A stretch of 13,055 bases of DNA from Armatimonadia bacterium (GTDB taxonomy: Bacteria > Armatimonadota > Zipacnadia > Zipacnadales > UBA11051): contig JBDKRC010000098.1 of assembly GCA_039683575.1 (NCBI GenBank), positions 1-13,055 of the forward strand, read 5' to 3'. Shown here piece after piece: positions 6,084 to 13,055 of this stretch. Each line of letters begins with the position of its first letter. The stretch's first letter is position 1. The translations under genes and the position numbers were made by a program. A model generated the notes under the pieces. It was not told the DNA's origin. It searched no databases and worked only from the letters and a program-made list of their open reading frames with translations.

Positions 6084-8825
6084 CTACTCCAACCGCATGT
6101 CCTCAATCGCCCACTGAACCCCCTGCCTGCTCCCCGTATCAAGCCGCAGTCCCCGCACCTTCCCACGCCACCTCGGCGACGCCTTCAGATCAAGCACCAC
6201 GTCATGCCACTGCCCGTCCAGCGCCAGATCCGCCCTCACGCTCGAGGCTTCCGACCATGTCGTATTGCCGCTCCAGAAGAGCTGGATGCCCTCCTTGGCC
6301 CCCGGCGGCCCCTCCGCCTTGACGCGCATCCGCAGCGCGCTGAACTTCGAAGCCTGGATCGCGGCGGGGAAGTTCAGCCCCAGCGCCGGGTCCGTGCTGG
6401 CGGTAGTGAACAACAGCTTCCCGTCCTCCACCTTCACTCCGCCAATCCCCATCATCGGCCCCCAGCCCTGCGCGCCGTCACTGAAGTCCCACGAAGTGCG
6501 CAGCGGCGTGTCCAGGTCCTTGAGATCATACGGCCCGCGGCCAATGTCGGCTGGCCCATAGTCCAGGTGCGGTGTGCCCGGCTTGCAGAACACGTCGCGC
6601 ACCACGTCATACATTTCGAAACCGAACTCCTGGCAGGGCTCCAGGTACGAACCCTCGCCCCACTCATTCAACGGCCCCAGCGCCAGCCGTTTGATCCCGT
6701 TCGCGTCGGCGAACCGCTTGGCATCTTCGCAGATCTGGCGGAACAGCGGGACTGTGCGGTCGTAGATGACGATGTTGTTGTCCCCGTGCCACGGCCTGGA
6801 GTCCCACCCGGTCGAGAGGTTCGGCAGGAAGGGCAGCACGTCATTCTTGCGAATGCCCTCCCAGTGGTCATAGCTCGTATCGGCCACCAGCTTGAAGGGG
6901 AAGCGCATGGGGTTTTCGGCGCGCCCGCCGTGGCCCATGTAGTGATAGCTGCTGGTCATGCTGTAGCCCTCGGACTTCAGCAGCGTCGCGTCGGCCACCG
7001 TCCCCTGGCTCATCGCCATGAAGTAGATGCCCTTGTAGCCAGCCGCCTTGACCATCTCCTGGGAGATGTCCAGCAGCTTCTTAGCGCCAGCCGTCCCGCC
7101 CATGTCCCGGCGGATGTTGCCCGGCGCCCAGATGATCACCACCGGCATGTCGTCGATCCGGTAGTACTCTTTCATCCCAAAGTAGCTGTCGATCCAGTAC
7201 TTGGTAACCGCCCGTTGGTCGGCCTCGGAGTGCGTATTGGGCGCGTTGTGGTTGGCCCACATCATGCACCACTTCAGGTATGGCCGGTATTTGGACTTCA
7301 TGTAGGCGTCATGCACCCAGTGCTCCAGATGCCGCCCGCCCGCGCTCCAGTACCAGTCCACCATGAAGTAGCTGATCCCGTGCTCGACCGCCCACTTGAT
7401 CTGCCAGTCAGCACACTCCGGGTTAGCCTCGTCATACCAGCCCAGCACGGGCTTGCGTTCCGGGGCAACGCGCTCAATCGGCGCCCAGCGGGCACCGGTG
7501 GCCCAGCCGGGGAAGTAGTACGCGCCGATCTCATAGTCGCTCTTGGCCGGCACAGGCTCGGGGATATAGCCCGTCTTGGGCACCTGAATGGCCTTGGTGA
7601 CGTTGAGAGTGCCCTCGACTGCCTGCCCCTCAGCCCCCGGCCCGCTAAGCGTCAGCCGCATGGGCCCGCTGACGGCCCCGTCGGCCTTCACAATCATCCG
7701 GTGCTCAATAGTCTCCCCCGCCGGTATTTCCGGCAGCGACTGCCAGTCCCGCATGCTCACGATCCGCACTCCGGCCGGGAGATCGAGCTTCGCGATCTTC
7801 AGCCCCGTGGCCGGCGCCCCGCCGTTGTTGCGCAGGCTCAGGGACAGCGGGACATTCTGCCCGACGCGAGGCAGGGCCGTGTCGCAGGTAAGCCGCAGTG
7901 CCTCCACGTCCGCCGGCCCCCGCATCTCATCGGTGATCTCCAGGCGTCGCAGCGTCCCCACGGTCCCCGACGGCAGCGAAAGCGACAGCAGCAGCGCGTC
8001 GCCCTCCCAGCCGGGGCTGTTGGAGAGGTCGAGGTTGTAGTGGTGCAGCCCCGGGCGCAGCGGGAAGGCCAGCCGCTTGAGTCCCGACTGCTTCTGTGAG
8101 GCCCAGGTCAGCCCGGCGACGGCAGGGGCCTTCACGTCCGCCTCAAGATAGACGCACCACTTGCCATCAACCGGTACCTGCAGCGGAGGGCTGTTCAGGG
8201 CGAAACCCTTGCCCGTCGCGTTGAACGCCAGTCCCGCCGCCTCCGGGCTCATGGTCCCCTCGCCACTGGCGGTCCAGCCGCCGGGGCCCTGGCGGAAGTC
8301 CCAGGCGGAGGTCTTCACCGGCTGCCCGCCGCCCAGGTCAACTATCCGCAGCCAGTCGAGCGCGAAGGTCTTGCGTCCTGCGCCGCTATTGGGGAAGTCC
8401 AGGCGCAGCAGGATGATCTTGTCCTCTGCCTGCCAGTAGGGCTGAATGCGGTACTCATGCCACTCATTGTCGCCAATGATCTCAAAGCCAGTCTGCTTGG
8501 TGGGCATGAAGCCCGCGTAGGGGCTCTGGGTGGTGTTGGTCCAGAAGATATCGGCCGACCCGCCGCAATCGGTCTTCAGGCGCAGTTCAACCGCCTGCCA
8601 GGGCGAGGCCTTGATCTCAAACTGGGGAGAGGTGAGGAAACTGTCGGGGCCTTCAATCTCACCGGTCAGGAGGCCCCCAGCCGGCTTCACCTTGAAGAGT
8701 TGCGGGTTGGGCTGCCAGCCCGCGAGGTCATCGAAATCCCGCTGCTTCACAACGGTCGGAGCAGCAACGGCGAGGGTCACGGAGATGAGGCCGAGGAGCA
8801 CGAGCGCGGTCATGACTCGGGGCAT
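6084..8825 (-). CDS. Secreted multidomain glycoside hydrolase family 99-like (WbsX-type) protein with three CBM-like repeats and an Ig/CARDB-like domain
   Basis: Start reassigned to ATG 8825 (GGAGGT RBS at 8831-8836; signal peptide MPRVMTALVLLGLISVTLAVAA). Motifs IGAYYFPGW, PVLGWYDE, QIKWAVEHGISYFMVDWYW, GWDSRPW and NEWGEGSYLEP match GH99-like/WbsX domains. Confidence 0.82.
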   Translation of the reverse strand: MPRVMTALVLLGLISVTLAVAAPTVVKQRDFDDLAGWQPNPQLFKVKPAGGLLTGEIEGPDSFLTSPQFEIKASPWQAVELRLKTDCGGSADIFWTNTTQSPYAGFMPTKQTGFEIIGDNEWHEYRIQPYWQAEDKIILLRLDFPNSGAGRKTFALDWLRIVDLGGGQPVKTSAWDFRQGPGGWTASGEGTMSPEAAGLAFNATGKGFALNSPPLQVPVDGKWCVYLEADVKAPAVAGLTWASQKQSGLKRLAFPLRPGLHHYNLDLSNSPGWEGDALLLSLSLPSGTVGTLRRLEITDEMRGPADVEALRLTCDTALPRVGQNVPLSLSLRNNGGAPATGLKIAKLDLPAGVRIVSMRDWQSLPEIPAGETIEHRMIVKADGAVSGPMRLTLSGPGAEGQAVEGTLNVTKAIQVPKTGYIPEPVPAKSDYEIGAYYFPGWATGARWAPIERVAPERKPVLGWYDEANPECADWQIKWAVEHGISYFMVDWYWSAGGRHLEHWVHDAYMKSKYRPYLKWCMMWANHNAPNTHSEADQRAVTKYWIDSYFGMKEYYRIDDMPVVIIWAPGNIRRDMGGTAGAKKLLDISQEMVKAAGYKGIYFMAMSQGTVADATLLKSEGYSMTSSYHYMGHGGRAENPMRFPFKLVADTSYDHWEGIRKNDVLPFLPNLSTGWDSRPWHGDNNIVIYDRTVPLFRQICEDAKRFADANGIKRLALGPLNEWGEGSYLEPCQEFGFEMYDVVRDVFCKPGTPHLDYGPADIGRGPYDLKDLDTPLRTSWDFSDGAQGWGPMMGIGGVKVEDGKLLFTTASTDPALGLNFPAAIQASKFSALRMRVKAEGPPGAKEGIQLFWSGNTTWSEASSVRADLALDGQWHDVVLDLKASPRWRGKVRGLRLDTGSRQGVQWAIEDMRLE

Positions 8826-8897
8826 GAGGGACCTCCGGGTACAGGTTGCGTGCCATTTTCCCACTGGGGGGAGAATAATCCTCTTTGGGGTACAGCC

Positions 8898-10268
8898 TTA
8901 GCCGCTCAGCCGGCTCCTGATGATCCCGATGGCGCGGGCGCACTTCTCCTGCACCTGAGCCCTTTCGTCGGCCTCGGCGACCACTCGAATAATCGGCTCG
9001 GTGTTGCTCGGGCGGGCGTGGAGCCACGAACCGTCCTGCCAGATCACGCGCAGGCCCTCGGTCAGATCCAACTGCTCTGCCGCGTATTCCTCGCGCAGGG
9101 CCATCATCACCGGCTGCGCGTCAGAGGCCGAGCATTCCACCTTCTGCTTCTCAATGGCGCTGGGCCGAAATGACCCCTGCCAGTCGGTGAGCGTCCCACC
9201 TCTGCGCGCCAGCCCCGCCAGGATCAACGCCATGCCGGCAAAGCTGTCACGGCAGTACTGTAGCCGCGGCCAGATCACCCCGCCGTTGCCCTCGCCGCCG
9301 ATGGCCGCCCCGTGGCGCATCATCCCCTCGACCACGTTGATCTCACCCACCGCAGTGCGGTAGACCTCTCGCCCCTGCCTCTCTGCGACTTCCTCAATCA
9401 TGCGGCTGGTGGACAGATTAGTAACGAGCGCGCCTTCATCGTCAGCCGGCACACCGTCACACGCAAACGCCAGCGTGAACTCCTCGCTGATCGCCACACC
9501 CCTATCCGACACCAGCGCCAGCCTGTCCGCGTCGGCATCCTGGGCAAACCCAATATCGGCCCCATGGGCCGCCACTGCCTCGGCAAGCTGCCCCAGATGC
9601 TCCGGGATCGGCTCGGGCTTGTGCGGGAAGATGCCGTCCGGTGTATCATTGAGCATCACGACTTCGCAGCCAAGGCTTTGCAAAAAGCCCTGCGAGGCCA
9701 GCGACCCTGCGCCATTGCAGCAGTCCACAACGACCTTGAACTTGCGCTGGCTGATCAGCCCCCGATCCGCGCCGATCAGGTCAAGCACGTCCGCCAGATG
9801 TGCCGCGATGGCCATACGGTCCTCAGTAACTGACCCCAGCGCCTCGCTGGCCGACAGCCCGAAATTGCCCTGATAGTACACCGACAGCAACTCCTGGGCC
9901 TGGTGGGGGCGCAGGAGAATCCCGTCGCGATAGATGAACTTGAGCGCGTTCCACTCCTGCGGGTTATGGCTGGCGGTGATGGCGATTCCGCCGTCAGCGC
10001 CCAGGCGGCGGACGGCATGTTGGATCGTTGGCACCGGAGCGATGTCAATATCAATCACATTGCAGCCGGTCGCCAGCAGCCCACCCACGAGAGCGTTCCG
10101 CGCCATCTCCCCTGACGGCCGGGTATCCCGGCCAATCAGCACGGTGCCGCCGTCGAGATAAGTACCGAAGGCCTGCGCAAAGCCCATGAGAAGCTGTGGT
10201 GTGAGTGAATCCCCGACGACCCCGCGGACGCCGGAGATGCCTGTTTTGAGGGTTCTGAGAGTTGGCAT
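8898..10268 (-). CDS. Alpha-D-phosphohexomutase (phosphoglucosamine mutase / phosphomannomutase family), catalytically intact
   Basis: ISGVRG, GRDTRPSG, ITASHNP (Ser codon at 9969-9971), metal loop QDADADR, GGEGNGG and RPSNTEPIIR. ATG at 10268; TTG at 10274 is an alternative start. Confidence 0.93.
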   Translation of the reverse strand: MPTLRTLKTGISGVRGVVGDSLTPQLLMGFAQAFGTYLDGGTVLIGRDTRPSGEMARNALVGGLLATGCNVIDIDIAPVPTIQHAVRRLGADGGIAITASHNPQEWNALKFIYRDGILLRPHQAQELLSVYYQGNFGLSASEALGSVTEDRMAIAAHLADVLDLIGADRGLISQRKFKVVVDCCNGAGSLASQGFLQSLGCEVVMLNDTPDGIFPHKPEPIPEHLGQLAEAVAAHGADIGFAQDADADRLALVSDRGVAISEEFTLAFACDGVPADDEGALVTNLSTSRMIEEVAERQGREVYRTAVGEINVVEGMMRHGAAIGGEGNGGVIWPRLQYCRDSFAGMALILAGLARRGGTLTDWQGSFRPSAIEKQKVECSASDAQPVMMALREEYAAEQLDLTEGLRVIWQDGSWLHARPSNTEPIIRVVAEADERAQVQEKCARAIGIIRSRLSG

Positions 10269-10283
10269 GGGCAAGACAGCCTC

Positions 10284-10311
10284 TTGTCTAACGTGTGAAT
10301 ATGATTAGAAT
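10284..10311 (+). promoter_or_regulatory. Putative sigma70-type promoter for the aminotransferase
   Basis: TTGTCT (10284-10289), 16-nt spacer, TAGAAT (10306-10311) in an AT-rich divergent spacer. GGAGGT RBS at 10353-10358. Confidence 0.55.
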
Positions 10312-10365
10312 ACGAAATCTACGCGCTAACACGCGCGTCCGTAAAGCTCGCTGGAGGTCCACCAA

Positions 10366-11523
10366 ATGTATCGAGTTGGTCAGAAGGAAGTAGACGCCAT
10401 CGCCAAGGTCCTGCTATCCGGGGATCTCTTCCGCTATCACATCGGCGGCGAGTGCACCCGCTTTGAGGCGCGCTATGCCAAGTACCTCGGCGTCAAGAAC
10501 GTCCGGATGACTTCCAGCGGCACAACAGCCATCACCGCCGCCCTCGCCGGCCTCGGCATCGGCCCCGGCGACGAAGTCATCGTCCCCGCCTGCACTTACA
10601 TGGCCTCCGCCGTGTCGGTGCTCGCCGTCGGCGCCATCCCCATCGTCGCCGATGTTGACGAGTCCATCACGCTCAGCGCCAAGGCTGTCGAGGCCCTCGT
10701 CGGCCCCCAGACCAGGGCGGTCATCCCCGTCCATATGTGGGGTCTCGTCTGCGACATGGACGGCATCATGAAGGTTGCCAAGAAGCACAACCTGAAGGTC
10801 GTCGAAGACTGCTGCCAGTGCGTCGGCGGCGGCTACAAGGGCCGCATGGTCGGCTCCATCGGTCACATGGGCGCCTTCAGCTTCAATTTCTACAAGAACA
10901 TGACCTGTGGCGAGGGCGGCGCGGTTGTCTCCAGTGACGACGACGCCACCCAGCGCGCCGCCTGCATGATTGACTGCTGCAGCTTCTACTGGGACGGCCG
11001 CGACGACACCTTCATCCCCCACATCGCCAACGGCTCGCGCGCCTCGGAGCTTGAGGGCGCGATGATGAACGTTCAGCTCGACCGGCTGCCCGGCATGATC
11101 AAGTCCATGCGCAAGCAAAAGCAGCAGATCCTCGACGAGACCACCGGGATCGGCCTCAAGCCCATCAAAGCCAACAGCCTCGAGTGGGAATGCGGCACCC
11201 ACGTCGGGTATATCTTCAAAACTCCGGAGCAGGCCGAGAAGTTCGCGGGGATCGCCGGCGGCTTCATCACCGCCCGCACCGGCCGCCACATCTACACCGA
11301 GTGGGACCCGATCTTCGCCCACCAGGGCGGCCATGTTCCCGCGATGAACCCCTACAACATGCCTGCGAACAAGAAGTGCCGCACCAAGTACACCAAGGAC
11401 ATGTGCCAGAAGTCGCTCGACATCCTCAACCGCGCGGTGCTCATCGGCACCCATCCCGACCGCAAGCCGTCCGAGACCAAGGCCCTCATCAAGCGCATCA
11501 AGGCCGCCGCCGAGGCGCTGTAA
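10366..11523 (+). CDS. DegT/DnrJ/EryC1/StrS family PLP-dependent sugar aminotransferase
   Basis: SSGTTA, GIGPGDEVIVPA, AVIPVHMWG, VVEDCCQ and FSFNFYKNMTCGEGG (PLP lysine). Strong RBS and strongly C/G-ending codons. Confidence 0.93.
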   Translation: MYRVGQKEVDAIAKVLLSGDLFRYHIGGECTRFEARYAKYLGVKNVRMTSSGTTAITAALAGLGIGPGDEVIVPACTYMASAVSVLAVGAIPIVADVDESITLSAKAVEALVGPQTRAVIPVHMWGLVCDMDGIMKVAKKHNLKVVEDCCQCVGGGYKGRMVGSIGHMGAFSFNFYKNMTCGEGGAVVSSDDDATQRAACMIDCCSFYWDGRDDTFIPHIANGSRASELEGAMMNVQLDRLPGMIKSMRKQKQQILDETTGIGLKPIKANSLEWECGTHVGYIFKTPEQAEKFAGIAGGFITARTGRHIYTEWDPIFAHQGGHVPAMNPYNMPANKKCRTKYTKDMCQKSLDILNRAVLIGTHPDRKPSETKALIKRIKAAAEAL

Positions 11524-11535
11524 GGCTCTTCTCGC

Positions 11536-11601
11536 TGTAGGGCGGGGGCTCCGTACCCCGCCGTGCCCCGGAGCGGCGGGGTACGGAGCCCCCGCCCTAC
11601 A
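11536..11601. repeat. GTAG-type REP doublet (REPIN), copy 3, between convergent genes
   Basis: TGTAGGGCGGGGGCTCCGTACCCCGCCG-TGCCCCGGAG-CGGCGGGGTACGGAGCCCCCGCCCTACA. Perfect inverted repeat, extendable to 11534-11603. Confidence 0.92.
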
Positions 11602-11605
11602 GCCG

Positions 11606-12970
11606 CTACACCAGCCTCCGCACCGCCGTAACCATCTCCTCGGTCAGCCTCCGCGCCTCCTCCGGCGTCTCCGCCTCACTGATCACCCGGATCAGCGGCT
11701 CCGTCGCCGATACCCGCACGTACACCCACTGCTTGCCGTTCTGATACTTAATCCCGTCCGACAGGTCCGTCCGCGACGGATCGGCCCACTCCGGCTCGCC
11801 CTGCGCGCGCAAGTCCTCCAGCGCGCTATAGGCGTGGTGGGTCGGGCAAGGCACGGAGGCCTTGCTCATCGTGTACTGCGGCAGGTCAGCTACGATCTGC
11901 GACAGGCTGTCCCGGTGGGCCATCAGTTCCAGAATGTGCGCCATAGCGGCCAGGCTGTCGTTAGCATAGTTCAGGCGCGGGAAGAGACACCCGCCGCTGC
12001 CCTCGCCGCCCACGCAAGCCCGTCGGTTGACTGACTGCTCGCTGATATAGGCCTGCCCAATCCCCGTCCGCACGACCTCCCGCCCGCCATGCCGCTGTGC
12101 AATGTCATCGACTGTCTGCGTGGTGCACAGGTTGATGACCACCGGCCCCGCGTCGCCGCGTGACAGCACCATCTCGGTGGCCAGGCAGATCGTCATTTCC
12201 TCACCCGGCGCCGTGCCATCGTCACAGACAACCCCCAGCCTGTCCCCATCGGCATCAAAGCAGAACCCCGCGTCCACGCCGCTGGCCCGCACCAGCGCGC
12301 GAAGCTGGCTGAGATTCTCCGCCGCAGGCTCCGGCTTGTGTGGGAAGGGCAGGTCGGGCTCGACGTTCATCTCCACCACCCGGCAGCCGAGGCTCTGCAA
12401 GAGCGGCGCCGCAAAGCGCGAGCAGGCCCCGTTGACGCAGTCCACGGCAACCAGGAAGTCCCGCGCGCGAATGGCCTCCACATCCACCTGGGCGATGACC
12501 GCCTGCAGATGCCGTTCCCCGGCGGTGGGGTCGGTGGCTGCGGGCTTCAGCTCATCCCACGTCGCCTTGTGATACTCGCGCTGGTGGTAGATATCCAGAA
12601 GCTCTTCCGCCTGCGCTCGATTGAGGAAGATACCGTCCTGCCGCACAGTCTTGACCGCGTTCCAGCTTATGGCGTTATGCCCGGCGGTAAGCGCCATGCC
12701 GCCTGCCGCGTCGCTGTCGCGCACCGCAAGCTGCAGCGCCGCGGTCGGGCAAATGCCGAGGTCAACGACCTCGCACCCGGCAGCCATAAGCCCGGCAAAC
12801 ACGCAGCGCCGCACCATCTCGCCCGAAGGCCGGGTGTCGCGGCTGACCAGCACCTTGCCACCCTCGATGAAGGTGCCGAAGGCCTGGCTGTAGTTGACCA
12901 GCAGATCCGGGGTCAGGCTCTCGCCTACAATACCCCGCGCCCCGCCGATGGTGATACGTAGTGAACTCAT
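11606..12970 (-). CDS. Alpha-D-phosphohexomutase paralogue lacking the catalytic serine (probable pseudo-enzyme)
   Basis: Full-length 454 aa, colinear with 8898-10268: GARG, SRDTRPSG, FPHKPEP, FDADGDR, GGEGSGG and RVSATEPLIR. The phosphoserine loop reads LTAGHNA (GGG codon at 12680-12682). Confidence 0.88.
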   Translation of the reverse strand: MSSLRITIGGARGIVGESLTPDLLVNYSQAFGTFIEGGKVLVSRDTRPSGEMVRRCVFAGLMAAGCEVVDLGICPTAALQLAVRDSDAAGGMALTAGHNAISWNAVKTVRQDGIFLNRAQAEELLDIYHQREYHKATWDELKPAATDPTAGERHLQAVIAQVDVEAIRARDFLVAVDCVNGACSRFAAPLLQSLGCRVVEMNVEPDLPFPHKPEPAAENLSQLRALVRASGVDAGFCFDADGDRLGVVCDDGTAPGEEMTICLATEMVLSRGDAGPVVINLCTTQTVDDIAQRHGGREVVRTGIGQAYISEQSVNRRACVGGEGSGGCLFPRLNYANDSLAAMAHILELMAHRDSLSQIVADLPQYTMSKASVPCPTHHAYSALEDLRAQGEPEWADPSRTDLSDGIKYQNGKQWVYVRVSATEPLIRVISEAETPEEARRLTEEMVTAVRRLV

Positions 12971-13030
12971 AGTGATTTCCCGTCTCTGGTTCCGTTAATC
13001 CGCGTAGTGCGGGCGTCCCGCTCAGGCCTC

Positions 13031-13055
13031 TGTAGGGCGGGGGCTCGTACCCCGC
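13031..13055. repeat. GTAG-type REP left arm, copy 4 (cut by the window edge)
   Basis: TGTAGGGCGGGGGCTCGTACCCCGC, identical to the left arms at 1616 and 2231. Confidence 0.9.

Noticed and set aside
5975-6166. N-terminal extension of the deacetylase in the ORF track (likewise 8826-8864 and 2355-2378 for their genes)
   Set aside because: This extension overlaps the upstream gene and a repeat. In all three cases a downstream start has a clear RBS and gives a signal peptide or family-typical N-terminus.
6204-8099. 631-aa plus-strand ORF
   Set aside because: Antisense to the GH99-like gene; long antisense ORFs are expected in high-GC coding DNA, and it has no motifs.
8842-8856. Sigma54-like TGGCACG-N4-CTGT on the minus strand
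   Set aside because: The -12 box is degenerate, and the implied transcription start would fall downstream of the gene's RBS.
10414-11454. 346-aa minus-strand ORF
   Set aside because: Antisense shadow of the aminotransferase.
11606-12970. Second mutase as a pseudogene
   Set aside because: No frameshift, internal stop or truncation, and the other motifs are retained.
1616-13055. Recurring ~27-bp palindromic repeat as a CRISPR array or IS ends
   Set aside because: Copies are dispersed inverted doublets, not regularly spaced direct repeats, and no cas or transposase gene is present.

Overview
GC-rich bacterial window with ten supportable CDSs, mostly sugar or cell-surface metabolism. In order: a corrinoid adenosyltransferase (cobO/btuR, minus strand, cut by the window edge and absent from the ORF track); a polytopic GT-C-like membrane protein; a dhaK-dhaL pair with no adjacent dhaM; a small secreted Gly/His/Pro-rich protein; a secreted CE4-type polysaccharide deacetylase; a secreted multidomain GH99-like/WbsX protein; and two paralogous alpha-D-phosphohexomutases flanking an oppositely oriented DegT-family aminotransferase. 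Two things stand out. First, one mutase paralogue has the catalytic phosphoserine replaced by Gly (TAGHNA versus TASHNP) while keeping the metal loop, so it looks like a pseudo-enzyme next to its active twin. Second, a GTAG-type REP/REPIN family occurs four times: one copy is translated in-frame as a 26-aa loop of the membrane protein, one carries a different GTAG hairpin nested in its arm, and one has the same 1-bp insertion in both arms. No tRNA, rRNA, CRISPR array or transposase was recognised. All family calls come from motif recognition by eye, not database searches.
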